A stretch of DNA of 63,336 bases, filler included, from Circinaria calcarea (lineage: Eukaryota): the NCBI GenBank assembly GCA_051942165.1. It is 33 parts of 33 records of this genome, joined end to end, with 100 filler letters (N's around TTAATTAATTAA, not from the genome) between each part and the next. Parts side by side here need not be neighbours in the genome. Positions count along the whole stretch, not along the records: positions 50,068 to 51,879 come from JAVECS010004196.1; positions 51,980 to 53,789 come from JAVECS010004197.1; positions 53,890 to 55,699 come from JAVECS010004198.1; positions 55,800 to 57,609 come from JAVECS010004199.1; positions 57,710 to 59,519 come from JAVECS010004200.1; positions 59,620 to 61,428 come from JAVECS010004201.1; positions 61,529 to 63,336 come from JAVECS010004202.1; 26 more parts are not named here. The stretch is one strand, 5' to 3'. Shown in pieces: positions 50,068 to 61,607 of the stretch. How positions within the stretch are numbered: position 1 is the stretch's first letter; each line of letters begins with the position of its first letter. Under the pieces are notes generated by a model. The model searched no databases. It was not told the DNA's origin and was given only the letters and a program-made list of their open reading frames with translations. Made by a program: the position numbers and the translations under genes.

Positions 50068-51590
50068 TCGTAGTATTTTGCGAAAGCTGACTCGAATAGT
50101 TCAGTCCAAAGACGATTGAGCTTCGCAAAGCGTTCTCCGATAAGTCCATGAAACTTTATGTAAGTCCGCTCCTGGGAGCAGCATTCGATAATCATGGATG
50201 GTAACTCGGGCTCTTGCCCCGGTGGAAGGGTGATTTTCATCAGCTTGTGACAGCACTCTTCAAAATTTGCACTTGACATAATCGTAAGGTAGATGGTCCT
50301 CCTGAGATTGACTAGGTCAGTATTGGTTTGGTCTTTGATCTCCATCCCCTTCTCTTCTTTAGCCTCCTCGTCATCTGAACTATCGTCGCTTTCATCTTCA
50401 TCGTCCTCGTCGCTACCATCAGCTTCCCCAAGAATCTCTGCCTTCAACGTTTTGTACGTCTCCTCGTGTTCCTCCCATTCCGGGTCATATTTGAAGACAT
50501 TTAGACCATCCTGCACATCAATCTCTTGCTCCAAGTCAGTAGCGTGAGTGATCTGATCTTCCTCTTCCACCAAATCTAGCTCTTCTCTGATGGCAGGATT
50601 ATCCCTGTACTTGTCCCTACGGACCTGAAATAGCACTTCGATCATATACTGAATTCGCTTATCAATGTCTTGTTCATGAAGAATGCTTCGAAATTGATCG
50701 AAGATCAGCGAAGCTATCGCCGCATTCATTTCTTCAAGATGCTGACCAACTTCTCTCGTTAATCCAACGGCAATTTCAACGCTATCGTCTGAGGGCTTCT
50801 GTAAAAGTAGCTGCAGGATTTTCGCAGCCAATATTTCATGCGCAACTTGCTGATTGCAAAGATGCGCAATGAAAGTCGTAGACGAGAGACAAACTGCCTT
50901 ATCATTACGCTTGAAAGCCTTTCTGAACTGCACAATAAGTCGATTGAGCAGAAGCTCTCCGACCTGAGGTAGCTTGGTGTTGACTATCGCAGCCATAGCG
51001 GCGTAGATGGGAGTGAATGGCAGACTCGCAGCTTGCGCCTTCATAATACTCCTGCAAAACAGTCCCCTTCCGCGAACCAAGTTTTCTCCAAAAAGCTCAG
51101 GTACAATGTGCTTGATGTTCGAGACGTTGATTTTGTTGATGAGGCCATTGATCGACTTCTTGAGTGCTTCCCATGCCATACGTTGGTATTCCTTACTCTT
51201 CTTGTCCGTGATCTGTGCCTGCAATGCACGTAGTCTCACTGGGGGAATATATGTCCCTCCCGATCGCACATTGAGCAACTTCTCATACTCGGCCTTAGCA
51301 GCAGCCTGTTTTTGCTCTTCCGTCATAGGTTTAACTTCATCGTCCTTTTGGCGAAGCCGTTCTGCAAGCTGCTTTTCACGCAGCATGGCTCGTTGAGGAT
51401 CAACATCAGGGAGACCAGGGCCCGCTCTTGCGAAACCACGAGGTGGTGATCTTCGCCGGCGGGGTGACGGTGAGCGAGAGGATGGAGACCGCTTGCGTTT
51501 GCCGTTGGTGGGGGAGTAAGCAGGAAAGGCGTCTGGCGGTGGAGGTGTGGGAAGTCGGACTGCCGACTGCACCATAATAGGATCCTCCAT
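50068..51590 (-). CDS. CWC22: Pre-mRNA splicing factor CWC22, 3'-truncated
   Basis: RSGGTYIPP, YQRMAWEALKKSINGLINK, ENLVRGRGLFCRS (MIF4G); LVNLRRTIYLTIMSS, EECCHKL, ECCSQERTY (MA3). Confidence 0.97.
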
Positions 51591-51979
51591 CGTGTAGAGA
51601 ACTGTAGCTTACAAGTGAGTATGCTGTAAAGGCTATGCCATCCTTGCGGGGTGATGTATGATGGCAGGTTGTGAAAGAGGATAACTGAGGAAAAGAAGCT
51701 TGAAGTGACAAGAACGCTAGTGAGATCACGCTAGTCCAAACCTAAATGCACGGCATACGGACAACCCAAATGTCGCCTAAACTATGTGATATGAATCTCC
51801 AAAGACGTTGAGTGGACCGTCGCAACATTACCTCCTCCACCCATCAACATGGTACCTCCCCTCTCCGTTCCCTCCGTTCNNNNNNNNNNNNNNNNNNNNN
51901 NNNNNNNNNNNNNNNNNNNNNNNTTAATTAATTAANNNNNNNNNNNNNNNNNNNNNNNNNNNNNNNNNNNNNNNNNNNN

Positions 51980-53128
51980 CCCATGAGATTCAGGGTTGTC
52001 TAGCTCTAGAGAACTCGTTCAACAAGGTGGGACTAGATCATGTTGTTTTGGTCAAGGTTGCAACGGCAGCGGTCGTGTCGAAAATGCTCGGACTATCAGA
52101 AAGGCAGACTGCGGATGCTATTTCACAGGCATGGGTCGACGGGCAAAGCCTAAGGACGTACAGGCACTCACCAAACACGATGTCCAGGAAGTCATGGGCT
52201 GCCGGAGACGCATGTCAGAGAGCAGTGAACCTAGTCTTAAAGGTGCAGAAGGGCGAACAAGGTGTACCGACCGTTCTTTCAGCCCCTACCTGGGGTTTCT
52301 ATGATGTCCTGTTCAAGGAGAAGAAATTCGCATTCCAGCGGCCTTATGGTAGTTATGTTATGGAGAATGTCTTGTTCAAGGTTTCATACCCAGGTTAATA
52401 TATTCCGAGTTACAGGCAATCCTCCCGCTAATTTCTATATTCAGCCGAGTTCCACTCACAAACAGCTATTGAAGCTGCCAAACACATTCACGCCCAGCTG
52501 AAAGAGCGGGGTAAGTCTGCCGAAGAAATTAAAGATATCACCATCCGCACGCACGAGGCCTGTGTCCGCATCATCGATAAGCAGCTGAAGCCTATGGACA
52601 ATTTCGCAGATCGGGATCACTGTATACAGGTATGTCCTACCTTTGCTCAACTCGCATGAAATTCTTCTTCCAAAGCTGTATTCTCACTAATGTACCCTAT
52701 AGTACATGGTTGCCACCATGCTCGTCTTCAACCGCCTCGAAGCAACCGACTACACGGACGGCTCCGAAGCCGCCACCTCCCCCCTTGTCGAATCCCTGCG
52801 CAAACGTATAAAATGCATCGAAGACCCCCAGTTCACAAAGGATTACCATCAAGCCACCCTTCGCTCCATTCCCAACGCCCTGACCGTCAATCTCCACGAC
52901 GGTACTGTCCTCGAGGAAGTCGTGGTGGAAGCACCGCTGGGTCATAAGTTAAGGCGAGAGGAAGCGAAGCCCGAGATTTTGAAAAAGTACAAGAGGCATC
53001 TAGGACCGCATTTTGCGGAGGAAAGGGTGAAGGAGCTGATACAGTTGGGGAATGATGCACCGAGGTTGGAGGAGATGGGCGCGGATCAGTATGTGGATTT
53101 GTACGTAAAGGAGAAGATGGACTGGTGA
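51980..53128 (+). CDS. prpD: 2-methylcitrate dehydratase, 5'-truncated, 2 introns
   Basis: [77 protein letters not shown]. Confidence 0.96.
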
Positions 53129-53889
53129 GGTGTGAAGGTGGAGGTCGAGCGATGTATATATATTCTTTACGAGAGATGAAGTCAGCCTTTGTTCAATGTC
53201 CGAGCTCAGGTAGATTAGTTTTCAAGTCCGCCATGCCATTCCTCTTTCCACCTGCTGTAACCTATCTAGAATAATCTATCTGTCTTGATCAAATCCCCCG
53301 GCATCACCCTATCCTCCATCTTAGCTTGTAAGTAGCAAATAGACGGTAGAAGAAAGAATAGACGAGCCGGATGAAAAAAGGGGGGAAGAAAAGAAAAGAA
53401 AAAAAGTTCCACGCGCGCGTATAAAACCTCCAGTCAGTTAAGGTAAGGTAAGGTAAGGGTAAGGTATGGTCAGGTCCAAAAAAATAAAAAATAAAATAAA
53501 AAGGAGGTCCCATTGTACATTGGGGAAAAAGGGAATGTCTGGAATACAATGAGAAAAAGGGGGGAGAGGTTAGGGGTGGAGTCCCGCTAGATTTTTTTGA
53601 AAGATGGAATTAAGAGGATTTTCGAATATGCCGCGGGTTGATTGGGTCCTGGGATATTCATATTCATATGCGATGCGACGGGTTGGGTTTGAGGGGCTGA
53701 GTTGCGGTATTTATTTATTTGGGGAAGGGAAGATGGGAGGTGGGAGATGGAGGTTACAAGTAGGAGGGAAGAAGGGAAGGGAGGAAGGGNNNNNNNNNNN
53801 NNNNNNNNNNNNNNNNNNNNNNNNNNNNNNNNNTTAATTAATTAANNNNNNNNNNNNNNNNNNNNNNNNNNNNNNNNNNNNNNNNNNNN

Positions 53890-54832
53890 TACAATCCCAG
53901 ACATGGCCGCTCTGAAACTCCACCACCGCTCCCCCAATACCCTCCTCGTATCCCAACGATCCATCTGCCCAAACCCCCTCAAAGGACCCTGCTGGCTCCG
54001 CTCCCTCCTCGACCCCGCTGTCAAAGTCGCCTTCATAAACACTGATCCCCTCCTCCCTCTTGCCCGCGAAATCGTCCACGGTTCCCGCATAACCAATCCC
54101 GTCGAAGCAGCCCTAACAACCCAACTTGTCGAATCTCTTATCACCGTCGGTGTCCAACCCGTCGATATCGGCGTCATCACCCTTTACCGCAGCCAGCTCT
54201 CCCTCTTGAAACAAAACCTCCGGCATCGCTACTCCTCCAGCGCGGCCCTCTTCTCTTCCTCAACCGGTTCAGGGGGTGCCCTCGAAATGCACACGGCCGA
54301 TAAATTCCAAGGCCGCGACAAGGAAGTCATTGTGCTCTCGCTCGTCCGCAGCAACGAGGCGGGAAACGTGGGGGATTTGCTCAAGGATTGGCGCCGAGTC
54401 AATGTCGCACTGACGCGCGCGCGGACCAAGTTACTGATCCTGGGCAGTCGGGAGACGGTAAGGAAAGGGAATGAGTTGCTGGGTAGGTTTGTGGGACTCG
54501 TGGAGAGGAAGGGGTGGGTGGTGAATGCGGAGGTGGACTGGTTGGAGGGACATGTTTTTGAGGAAGGGGGAACGCAGGTGAGTGGGAGAGGGGTGGTGGG
54601 GAAGGAAGAGGCTACTAGAGGTAGCATGGAAACGGAACATGAAGTGGAGGCCGGGATTCCGGAAGAGGGCGAGGAAGAGGCGAAAAAACATGAGAAGATG
54701 GAGGTAAAGATTAAGGTCGCAGGGAAACCCGGCGGGAAAAGGAACCCAGAAAAAACCAAGACCTTGGATGTTAAGGCGCTCTTGGGGACGAGGCCGGTTC
54801 TGAGGGATATTGTGAATGATTCGACGGGGTGA
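53890..54832 (+). CDS. DNA2: Dna2 helicase/nuclease, C-terminal SF1 helicase part
   Basis: NPVEA, IGVITLYRSQL, EMHTADKFQGRDKEV, SLVRSN, GDLLKDWRRVNVALTRARTKL. Confidence 0.88.
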
Positions 54833-55836
54833 ATGAAAGGAAAAGTGCCCATGAGGGTCGTTTTGTGTGAATGTGTCGATTGGGATTTGAGATTAAGAAT
54901 TGAAATTTGGGATTGGATGGTAGGAATTTGGGGGCGTTTGAGGTTGGGTGTCCTTGATTAGGTTTTTAGATTTCAGGGGAGTTTTGGAGCTGGAGCTGGA
55001 GTTGCGACTGTCAGGGGAGTTTCCTTTTCTCTTGGGGTTAGGTATTATGGGTAATTCGCAACCAAAGTAAATTATAAGTTATTTATATGCGTTACCGAAT
55101 AGTTCGGGGGATTTTTTTTTTGGGAATCGGTTCTGAAATTTTGAAATTGGAAAATCGATAATTTTGACTGTTTTTTGAACTCGGAAATGTTGCTTTTTGG
55201 GTCAGGGGGGGGGGTAACGATCAAGTAATCGTAATCGTAATCGTAAGAAGTACCTTTTATCCCCATGCCTATGCGGAGAGACCCAGACGTAGACCCAGAC
55301 TCAGACTCAGACTCTACACAGCGTGGTCGTGGTGCAGGCATAAGCTAGTTATATAACATGTGGACTACCTTATCCAGCAGGACACAGATAGAGAGAGAGA
55401 GAGAGAGAGGGGGGGGGGTATACTAGAGTCCAAGGTGCCAAGGATCTGTTCCGCCTTCCCCAACTCCATCGGATCCGGAATTTCTAGTGTGTATAGAAAA
55501 GCCCTGTGAAGCTGATATTCTTGTTCCCCTTTGTCCTTACTTATTTCAAACCTAAATCCTAACCCCATGATTCCCCGATTCCCGGTTAAATCCCGGTTTC
55601 GGTTCCCCCAAAAATTCCTAGGCTCCCCCCCCCCCCATTTATTTTACAGCTCTTTCCTGCACCCTTCCCCGACTCTTCTCTTTTATCCTAGCCTCACTCN
55701 NNNNNNNNNNNNNNNNNNNNNNNNNNNNNNNNNNNNNNNNNNNTTAATTAATTAANNNNNNNNNNNNNNNNNNNNNNNNNNNNNNNNNNNNNNNNNNNNC
55801 AACGGGAATCCGGCTTCCACCACTGACACTCGACAG

Positions 55837-56965
55837 GCAACATGTTGCGTTCAGTCCGCCGTGGTCTTCTTTCAGGTATCCAAAGGTTATGGCAAGGCGG
55901 GAGACCTCCTCGAGACGGATGATATTGGGTCAATAGCCAAGGTACGTGCCGTTGCCGGAAGCGCAGGCCTGGAGGCCGAGTAAGCCTCTGACGGGTACAG
56001 ATCGGCTATGCCACCGACTTGCTCTATATTGTCGGTCTCTTCCTATCCAAATGCTCCATGGCTTATTTGTTTCTGCGTCTATCGCCAAGCCGTGGTCATA
56101 CCCTGGCGGCTTGGGCGGCTATTTTTGGATCGGCAGTGTGGGCGGTCATGTCCATACTTCTCCTCAGTATAGAATGTACGCCTGGCCGTCCTTGGTCTTA
56201 TTCCTCCCGTGAATGTCCGCGTTTGGTAAGTCCATCTCTATGCCTCCACTCCATCTCACTCATTCGGGTCTCCCTAGTTGCTTCGTTGGCAGCTCATTTT
56301 TGCCTTTGACGCCGTTACCGAGTTCTCCCTGGTCGCCATCTCAGTCTACATTGTGGCCAGGCTCCAAACCGGCCTAAAGTCCAAGGTTATAGTCGTTCTG
56401 GTCTTTGGTCTTCGTATCCCGTAAGTGATGCTCGCTCCCCTGCTCGGTGAAACTCCCTTGAGAGTTTAAATAAATAACAATCTTCAGGATCATCGCCATG
56501 GCTGCAGTCCGTCTCCACTACCTAACCTCCGCCCTGTATTCAAACGACCCTACCCTGCTGGGTGCATTCGTTGCCGTCTGGACCCAGATCCAGCTAGATT
56601 ACAGCATCATGGCCGGTACCCTCCCCTGCCTCGGCCCATTTATGGCCCCCTTTAGCACCTCCTATCACGAAACCCGGACCCCTCACGCCTTCTCGGAACG
56701 CTCCACCGACAGTTACAAACTCCATTCCATCAACTTGACCAGCAAGCACCAGCCCAATGATAACCCCTTAGGTACCGACGTGCGCACCTCCGTCAGAGAA
56801 TATCCTCAGCTCGATGAGCGCATCCTGCGACCGGATCAGTTCTCGCACGCGGCAACGGTTTCGCACGGGCGGACGCCAAGGAATGGCCAGCAGAGTGTCG
56901 GGAGTATGGATAGTCAACAGATGATTATACGAAAGGATATGGAGTGGTCGATTGCGAGGGATTAA
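55837..56965 (+). CDS. Rhodopsin-domain (PTH11-related) membrane protein, multi-exon, 5'-truncated
   Basis: GYGK, YATDLLYIVGLFLSKCS..LRL, FDAVTE, FGLRIP, VWTQIQLDYSIMAGTLPCL. Confidence 0.8.
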
Positions 56966-57709
56966 TCTAATTTTGATGGTGCGTTTGGGAGGACAGGTTT
57001 ACTTGAGACTACGTTTGGGAGGACGGGATCGCCCATGTCGAGCCTGCGTTCGGGAGGACCTTGTGTCAGTTAGGATTTTGCGCTAAGAAGGATGGGAGAG
57101 GATTTTTGAAAGCGAATGGTTCAATGCGTCGGGGTATGGGTTTAGATGGATAGACGGGCGGGGACCTCTGTATATCTAAATTTAGATGACGATCGCGAGA
57201 TCCGTGGAGTATTTCCAAACCAGCCTTCTGTTCTACCTTGTCTCGGATTTATTTACCACCTTGGCCCATTGCGTTCGTAATCGTGAACCACATCCAGATT
57301 TGTCCCGTCCGTACCAGTACGGTGACGATAGCTTGAACGGGGATCCGAAAGACAAAATCCCCTTCCCTCTTCCTTCCTCTCCCTTCCTCTGTCATGGGTT
57401 GTGTGTGTGTGTGGTGTGCAAAAAGCAATCCAAATCAAATTAAATCAAATGCCGAGAAAAAAGAAAAAAAAAGGGTGGATGGTGGATGGTGAATGGGATT
57501 TTGCTTGGGTTCTTATGTAGATAGATGTTTTTTATTGGGGCCTGAAGGAGAAGGTATGCAGGTAGGTTTCAAGGCCTGAAGAAAAGGAAAGGGAAGGGAA
57601 GGGGAGGGGNNNNNNNNNNNNNNNNNNNNNNNNNNNNNNNNNNNNNNNNNNNNTTAATTAATTAANNNNNNNNNNNNNNNNNNNNNNNNNNNNNNNNNNN
57701 NNNNNNNNN

Positions 57710-58658
57710 TCTCTGCGGCGAGTTTGGTCATTTCGTAGCCCATGAGGTTTATGGCGCTGCGGTCGAAGGCGGAAGGGGCATCTGTGGCGAGGCATTGGCC
57801 GGCGATGAGAATGGCTTGCGATTTGAGGTGTGGGCGGGCGTCGAGGAAGGTTTGGGACACGATTACGGCGGCAGCACCTCCGTCAGAGGTGGGACAGCAT
57901 TGCAATTTTGTGAGAGGGGAGTGAATGGTAGGGGATGCGAGAATTTCGGCCAGGGTGTAGGCGTCGTTGAATTGGGAGTATGGATTACGTTGCGAGTGTT
58001 CGTGATTATAACAAGCGATTTCAGCAAAATCCTCAACCTTTGCGCCGTATCTATACGTTATATCAGCAGATATATTTTCGATTGAAGCGGACACGGTTTG
58101 GCATTCTCACTTCTCCATATACTCCCTTCCCGCATTCCCAAACCACTGCGCCGCCATTGGCCCCGTTGTGACCCCCTTCGTCTCCTTCACCATCCCGTTA
58201 AACGTCCCAATCGGGCTCTCCCGATCTGCATAATAACTCTTAATGCTGCCGGGAGACATCTTCTCAAACCCCACCACCAACACACAATCCGCCACTCCCC
58301 CTGCCACCATCTGCCTCGCCAGATGTAGTCCAGTGGAGCCGGTGGCACAATTATTGTTGACATTGTAAATGGGGATGGAGGTCATGCCGAACTGGTAGAA
58401 GACGCGTTGACCGCAGGTGCTGTCACCGAAGCAATAGCATGCCACGCCTTGGTCGACATCGTCATAGTTGATGTGAGCGTCGAGCAGGGCTTTGATGCCA
58501 GCCTGAAGAAGGTGAGTCCAAGATGGCACGAATCATACGATACCCAGAGGTATTACCTCATAGCCTAGTTCATGATAATCCACCTTACCTCGGGGTTTGA
58601 TGAATTTGGTCATACCCACGCCCAGGACATAGGCTGGACTTTTCGCTTTCTTCGCCAT
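57710..58658 (-). CDS. SCP-x type thiolase (sterol carrier protein 2), 3'-truncated, 2 introns
   Basis: YVLGVGMTKFIKPRG, GDSTCGQR, NVNNNCATGSTG, VGFEKM, FGNAGREYMEK|YG, LQCCPTSDG. Confidence 0.93.
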
Positions 58659-61607
58659 GACTTCGATCTCACCGGTAACATGCAGTTGGGCACGGTATTG
58701 AAATACATGAACGAGAAAGCCTCAGGTTGGCTCAGACGATACAGCCAAAGTCATGCCAAGATCCGGGGGATCGACGGAGGGGCGAATCCTTCGGATGCCG
58801 AGGCCCGTGTTTTTTATGCTACTATGGTAGCAGGCATAACAAATGTTAGTGTGGCTGTCTTGCAATAATCATAGAAGGCCCAAACGACAGTTTGATTTCA
58901 TACAGAAAGACGGGATATATACCGGAGGATGTCCTCCATATTACACCTCTTTTTAATAGAATTTATACAGCCTTTGCTGAGTGTACCCGGGTTAGTCGAA
59001 ACCCACGCTAACATCTATTGTCCCTGCAACCATAGTACAGTCCGAGCGTAGCGGCAAATACGGAATAACTGTAGAGGTACTCGGTGGGAAAAGTATGAAT
59101 AGTATGAATACGATATGATTTTTTGGGCGCTCCCTTAGACCCGAGGGGACATCACCACCGTATACGCAGCAAAGCGTCTATACAGGTCAGCCAGACCCGA
59201 GTACCTCCAACACCTCGCTGAAACGCAGTAAAACAGCAAACTTTTTTTGTACGTCATGCATCAGCCAGGCACGTTCTCATCATCTCCTTCTATGTGCTCT
59301 GCCGTAGGAGTGCCTGACGTGGTTCTCTTTCTTCTCATTACCGCACTGAAGGCCCTTGCACCGCGGTGATGTCGGGGACCTGATCGATCGATCGGCAGAA
59401 TCGGCGAGCGAGACCCATGTACCGGATCGACTTGCTTCTTTGCAGCAGGCACGAGGGTCAGGTAGAGCGGAAAAAGCGCTCCGAGCGCTGAAGCAGCTAC
59501 GACGATGCAGAACGAGTAGNNNNNNNNNNNNNNNNNNNNNNNNNNNNNNNNNNNNNNNNNNNNTTAATTAATTAANNNNNNNNNNNNNNNNNNNNNNNNN
59601 NNNNNNNNNNNNNNNNNNNAAGAAGCACTATTGAGCGATCGGAAAATACGATTTGACTGCTAGACAAGTGGACAAGGAGTTATGATAGTGAAGTTATCTC
59701 AATGTTGCGAATTTTAAAAAGACGGCGGGAATAAACTTCTATTTCGGTTCAGGTAATCTGAAAATGACTGGCCGGTGAATACGAACAGGTAGGTATATGT
59801 ATCGGTTTATCGGTATAGTAAACATGCTATATGGGCTATAATATACTCGAGTACTTTTGATCTGCATAGATAGGCAACAGATACACAATTCCCGTATCTC
59901 CCCGGTTCTCGGGTATGGTGTGGCCGCATATATTCTTGCAATTTGCACTCTGCACTCTGCAATCTGCAGTCTGCGAGCTGCAAGCTTCAAGTAGAGCGAC
60001 ATTCTTCAGCAAGTGCCGCTACTATTCAATATACAAGTACGGACAACTACTAACCTGGGCGTATCTATGTCATAGTCAGATCTCTTACTATTTGTACATG
60101 CTGCGCATGCGTACATAATATGGAGAAAAGATGGTGTTTCTCGTTACTCATTGGTTTTGTGACGCTGAATTTCCGCTTACTCGTTTCTTCTGTATATCTC
60201 ATTATTTTGCTTTTTCTAAGCCCGCAAAAGTTCATCTTCCATAGATAGCTCGGGTTGACAGAACTTGGTAACAACCAGAATATAATTCAAATCAACCAGA
60301 TGCCTGAGTTTGATAGCCCAGCCATGCCATGGGGGTCTTTTGTGCACTGCCCAGAAAACGCGTCGACACCTAGGGGTATAGCAGGCAGCCACGCATTGCT
60401 TAGAGCTACGGAAATAGTCCTTATCAAGATCTAATTTTCTCGGACTCAATCTTATTTCGCCGCCTTGTCAAAAGTATACAGAGCCATCAGTTTGCTCGAA
60501 CTTCTGCAGCGGGGACTTTAACGACTAGGGGAAGACGTTATCAGTGCAAACTCATTTGTTATCACAACGAAACAATATAATGAAGCCCAAGAACATACAA
60601 ACGTTGGCTGCCACAAATTTTGGCCGTTGAGCTCATCGGGCTTGACATTGGTATCCTGTTCATTGGGAGAGGGCAATGTCACTGTTTTATCTGACGGAGA
60701 GATTCTGACAGCATTCGCGCGCTCGCCAATCTCCATCTTTACCTCGCTCGAAATATCATCTCGATTGGCTCATCGACCTCATTCCCTGTAAAGGGGACGT
60801 CCACAGTCGACTTGCAACCTCTATTCCAAACGTCCAGTACACTCACTCGTCATCATAGCTTCCTCCTCCCAATCAATAAACCACCGCACTGACCTGTATG
60901 TAGCCTCTGCTACAGATTTCTTGATACTGTACGTCCAACTGAATTTCCGCGTCGGCAAATAATCGGTCAAATCCCTCCTTTCGAGACCCCCCCCCCAACC
61001 CCTTTGATTTCCGCCCCAAGCTCCTCAAGAAAGCATTCGAAAGGAGTGGAGTCCCGACCTGATTCTGAGCAAAAGCGTCCTTCCCTCCAACTCGGCAAGA
61101 TTTTAGATTCCCTTCCTCTGGGCGGCGGGAAAAGAAAAAAAAAAACATGGAGAGCAAGCCCCGTCGCCGCAGGTTCAAACGCCCCTTTTCTACGATGGCT
61201 TACGTGTGTGTCACAGATAGGTTAAGTTAATCAAAGAACTTACGGCAGCTTTTGCACTTCTGGCCGCCCGAGAAACCCCAACCTTAGCAAACCGAGGGAA
61301 GGAAGGGAAGGGGGGGAAGGGGGAGGAGCGGTTCCATCCTTACTTGCTTGCTACGGGAGATAGGGGCGAATGAATGAAGACGCTGAAAACCCCACTAAAC
61401 TTGTATGCTGGAAACCTAGATTTCATCANNNNNNNNNNNNNNNNNNNNNNNNNNNNNNNNNNNNNNNNNNNNTTAATTAATTAANNNNNNNNNNNNNNNN
61501 NNNNNNNNNNNNNNNNNNNNNNNNNNNNCCCCTCTCCTGCTCCTATATCATCCTGACCACGAGCCACCCCCCTTCCCCCCGGCGTCATTTCGCTTCCCTT
61601 TGGCTTT

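Noticed and set aside
59620..60860. Possible spliced gene on the minus strand of contig 32
   Set aside because: Plausible first exons, but the downstream frames are interrupted by stops and nothing is recognisable.
1883..61484. Regularly spaced TTAATTAATTAA as a CRISPR-like or biological repeat
   Set aside because: Always embedded in 44+44 N; it is a synthetic six-frame stop linker.
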